A stretch of DNA of 64,000 bases from Chiloscyllium plagiosum (lineage: Eukaryota). The stretch is from positions 43,103,789 through 43,167,788 of the forward strand of contig NC_057719.1 in the NCBI RefSeq assembly GCF_004010195.1, given 5' to 3'. The position numbers and the translations under genes were made by a program. Of this stretch, positions 62,556 through 64,000 are shown one piece after another (the first letter of the stretch is position 1; each line of letters starts with the position of its first letter). The notes beneath the pieces were generated by a model. That model was not told where the DNA came from and did no database searches. It was given only the letters and a program-made list of their open reading frames with translations.

Positions 62556-63083
62556 NNNNNNNNNNNNNNNNNNNNNNNNNNNNNNNNNNNNNNNNNNNNN
62601 NNNNNNNNNNNNNNNNNNNNNNNNNNNNNNNNNNNNNNNNNNNNNNNNNNNNNNNNNNNNNNNNNNNNNNNNNNNNNNNNNNNNNNNNNNNNNNNNNNNN
62701 NNNNNNNNNNNNNNNNNNNNNNNNNNNNNNNNNNNNNNNNNNNNNNNNNNNNNNNNNNNNNNNNNNNNNNNNNNNNNNNNNNNNNNNNNNNNNNNNNNNN
62801 NNNNNNNNNNNNNNNNNNNNNNNNNNNNNNNNNNNNNNNNNNNNNNNNNNNNNNNNNNNNNNNNNNNNNNNNNNNNNNNNNNNNNNNNNNNNNNNNNNNN
62901 NNNNNNNNNNNNNNNNNNNNNNNNNNNNNNNNNNNNNNNNNNNNNNNNNNNNNNNNNNNNNNNNNNNNNNNNNNNNNNNNNNNNNNNNNNNNNNNNNNNN
63001 NNNNNNNNNNNNNNNNNNNNNNNNNNNNNNNNNNNNNNNNNNNNNNNNNNNNNNNNNNNNNNNNNNNNNNNNNNNNNNNNNNN
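62556..63083. other. Assembly gap (528 N)
   Basis: Run of N. Confidence 1.
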
Positions 63084-63183
63084 TTAGTGGTGCTGGAAGA
63101 GCACAGCAATTCAGGCTACTCTCTCCCCACCCCCACCCTCCTCTAGCTTATCTCTCCAAGCTTCAGGCTCTCTGCCTTTATTC

Positions 63184-63211
63184 CTGATGAAGGGCTTTTG
63201 CCCGAAACGTC
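63184..63211 (+). ncRNA. Minimal type-I hammerhead motif in a Penelope terminal repeat
   Basis: CTGATGA-A-GGGC tttt GCCC-GAAAC-GTC, inside the TSD-bounded insertion that also encodes Penelope RT sequence. Confidence 0.78.
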
Positions 63212-64000
63212 GATTTTGCCTGTCCTCGGATGCTGCCTGAATTGCTGTGCTCTTCCAGCACCACTGATCCAGAATCATTCAGGACAAAGCAGCCCGCTTG
63301 ATTGGCACCACGGCCACAAACATCCACTCCCTCCATCACTGATGTTCAGTCACAATGTGTACTATCCACAAGGTGCACTGCAGAAATTCACCAAAGAACC
63401 TTCTAAACCCATGACGACTTCCCTTTAGAAGGACAAGAGCATCAGATTCATAGGAACACCACCATCTGCAAGGTTCCCTCCAAGCCACTGACCATCCCGC
63501 TTTGGAAATATATCGCCATTCTTTCAGTGTCGCTATGTAAAAATTCTAGAATTCTCTCCCTAACAACATTGTAGGTCTACCAATGGCATGTAGACTGCAG
63601 CAGTTCAAGGAGGCAGCTCACCACCACTTTCTCAAGGGCAATTAGGGAGAGCATTATACACTAGCCAGCCAGCGATGCCCATATCCCATGAGAAAATTAA
63701 AACAAATCTAAGCAATATTTTTGCAACAGTATATGGTAGGAAACACCTGAAAAACTGAATCAGATGTTTAGTTTCTGAAATGAGGGTCAGTGGCTGCAGT
63801 TCTAAGGCTGTGAGGAATGAATATCGAATTGTTCTTTATTTTTAAAACTCAATGTACAGGCCACATGTTGGACTTCTCTGATTTCTATGTCAACTAAAGA
63901 GCCTTAGTGATCACTGAAAGCAACCTTGTAAAAGGAATTTTGACCAACCAAAGATGTCAACAGTGAATTTAGTTTCCTTGTTCTTCTTTTCAAATATTAG

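Larger units (their letters stand above)
62231..63273 (+). mobile_element. Young Penelope-like element spanning the assembly gap
   Basis: KPTDSHSYLDYSSSHP..CKNAIPYSQFLRLRRICS...FPSHVV (C-terminal RT region). 14-bp TSD atcattcaggacaa at 62217-62230 and 63274-63287. Terminal repeat with hammerhead after the gap. Confidence 0.88.
60740..63705 (+). mobile_element. Decayed CR1/L2-group LINE (RT + 3' end), host of the Penelope at 62231
   Basis: KDKAEAFAAIFS, LDTAKALGPDN, ALDMKAAYD-like and QDSVLGPTIFSYFINDL. 3' tail ctcaccaccactttctcaagggcaattagg...cccatgag. Confidence 0.8.

Noticed and set aside
62380..63109. Long ORFs of 235 and 192 aa
   Set aside because: Their length is an artefact of the N run; only the first ~58 residues of the + ORF are real Penelope sequence.

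Overview
Eukaryotic, AT-rich, repeat-dominated vertebrate DNA. The repeat families (HE1/V-type SINEs, Deu-type SINEs, CR1, L2, RTE, Rex/Babar, L1/Tx1 and Penelope) point to a cartilaginous fish, probably a shark; this is an inference. Two host genes converge. On the + strand are three, possibly four, small spliced exons of a CLBA1/C14orf79-like gene with an aftiphilin-type clathrin-binding box (7727-25268; the 5' exons were not found in the window). On the - strand is an intact single-coding-exon SERTA-domain gene of the CDCA4 type (55925-56767). Most of the rest is nested retroelement debris, including one near-full-length L1/Tx1 with TSD, poly(A) and a YY1 motif (34274-39912) and one near-full-length CR1 (~42100-45973). 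The most striking unannotated signal is a set of short, TSD-flanked, fold-back Penelope-derived insertions from three families. Two of these families carry minimal type-I hammerhead ribozyme cores (CTGANGA-A-stem II-GAAAC-GTC), with compensatory stem changes between them and one tandem pair. A second candidate system is a tRNA-head + Deu-domain SINE that runs directly into a LINE endonuclease frame, which hints at a SINE-headed LINE. There is an assembly gap at 62556-63083. Almost all other ORFs in the six-frame track are spurious or fragments of repeats. Boundaries of old repeats are approximate, and family names come from motif recognition, not database searches.
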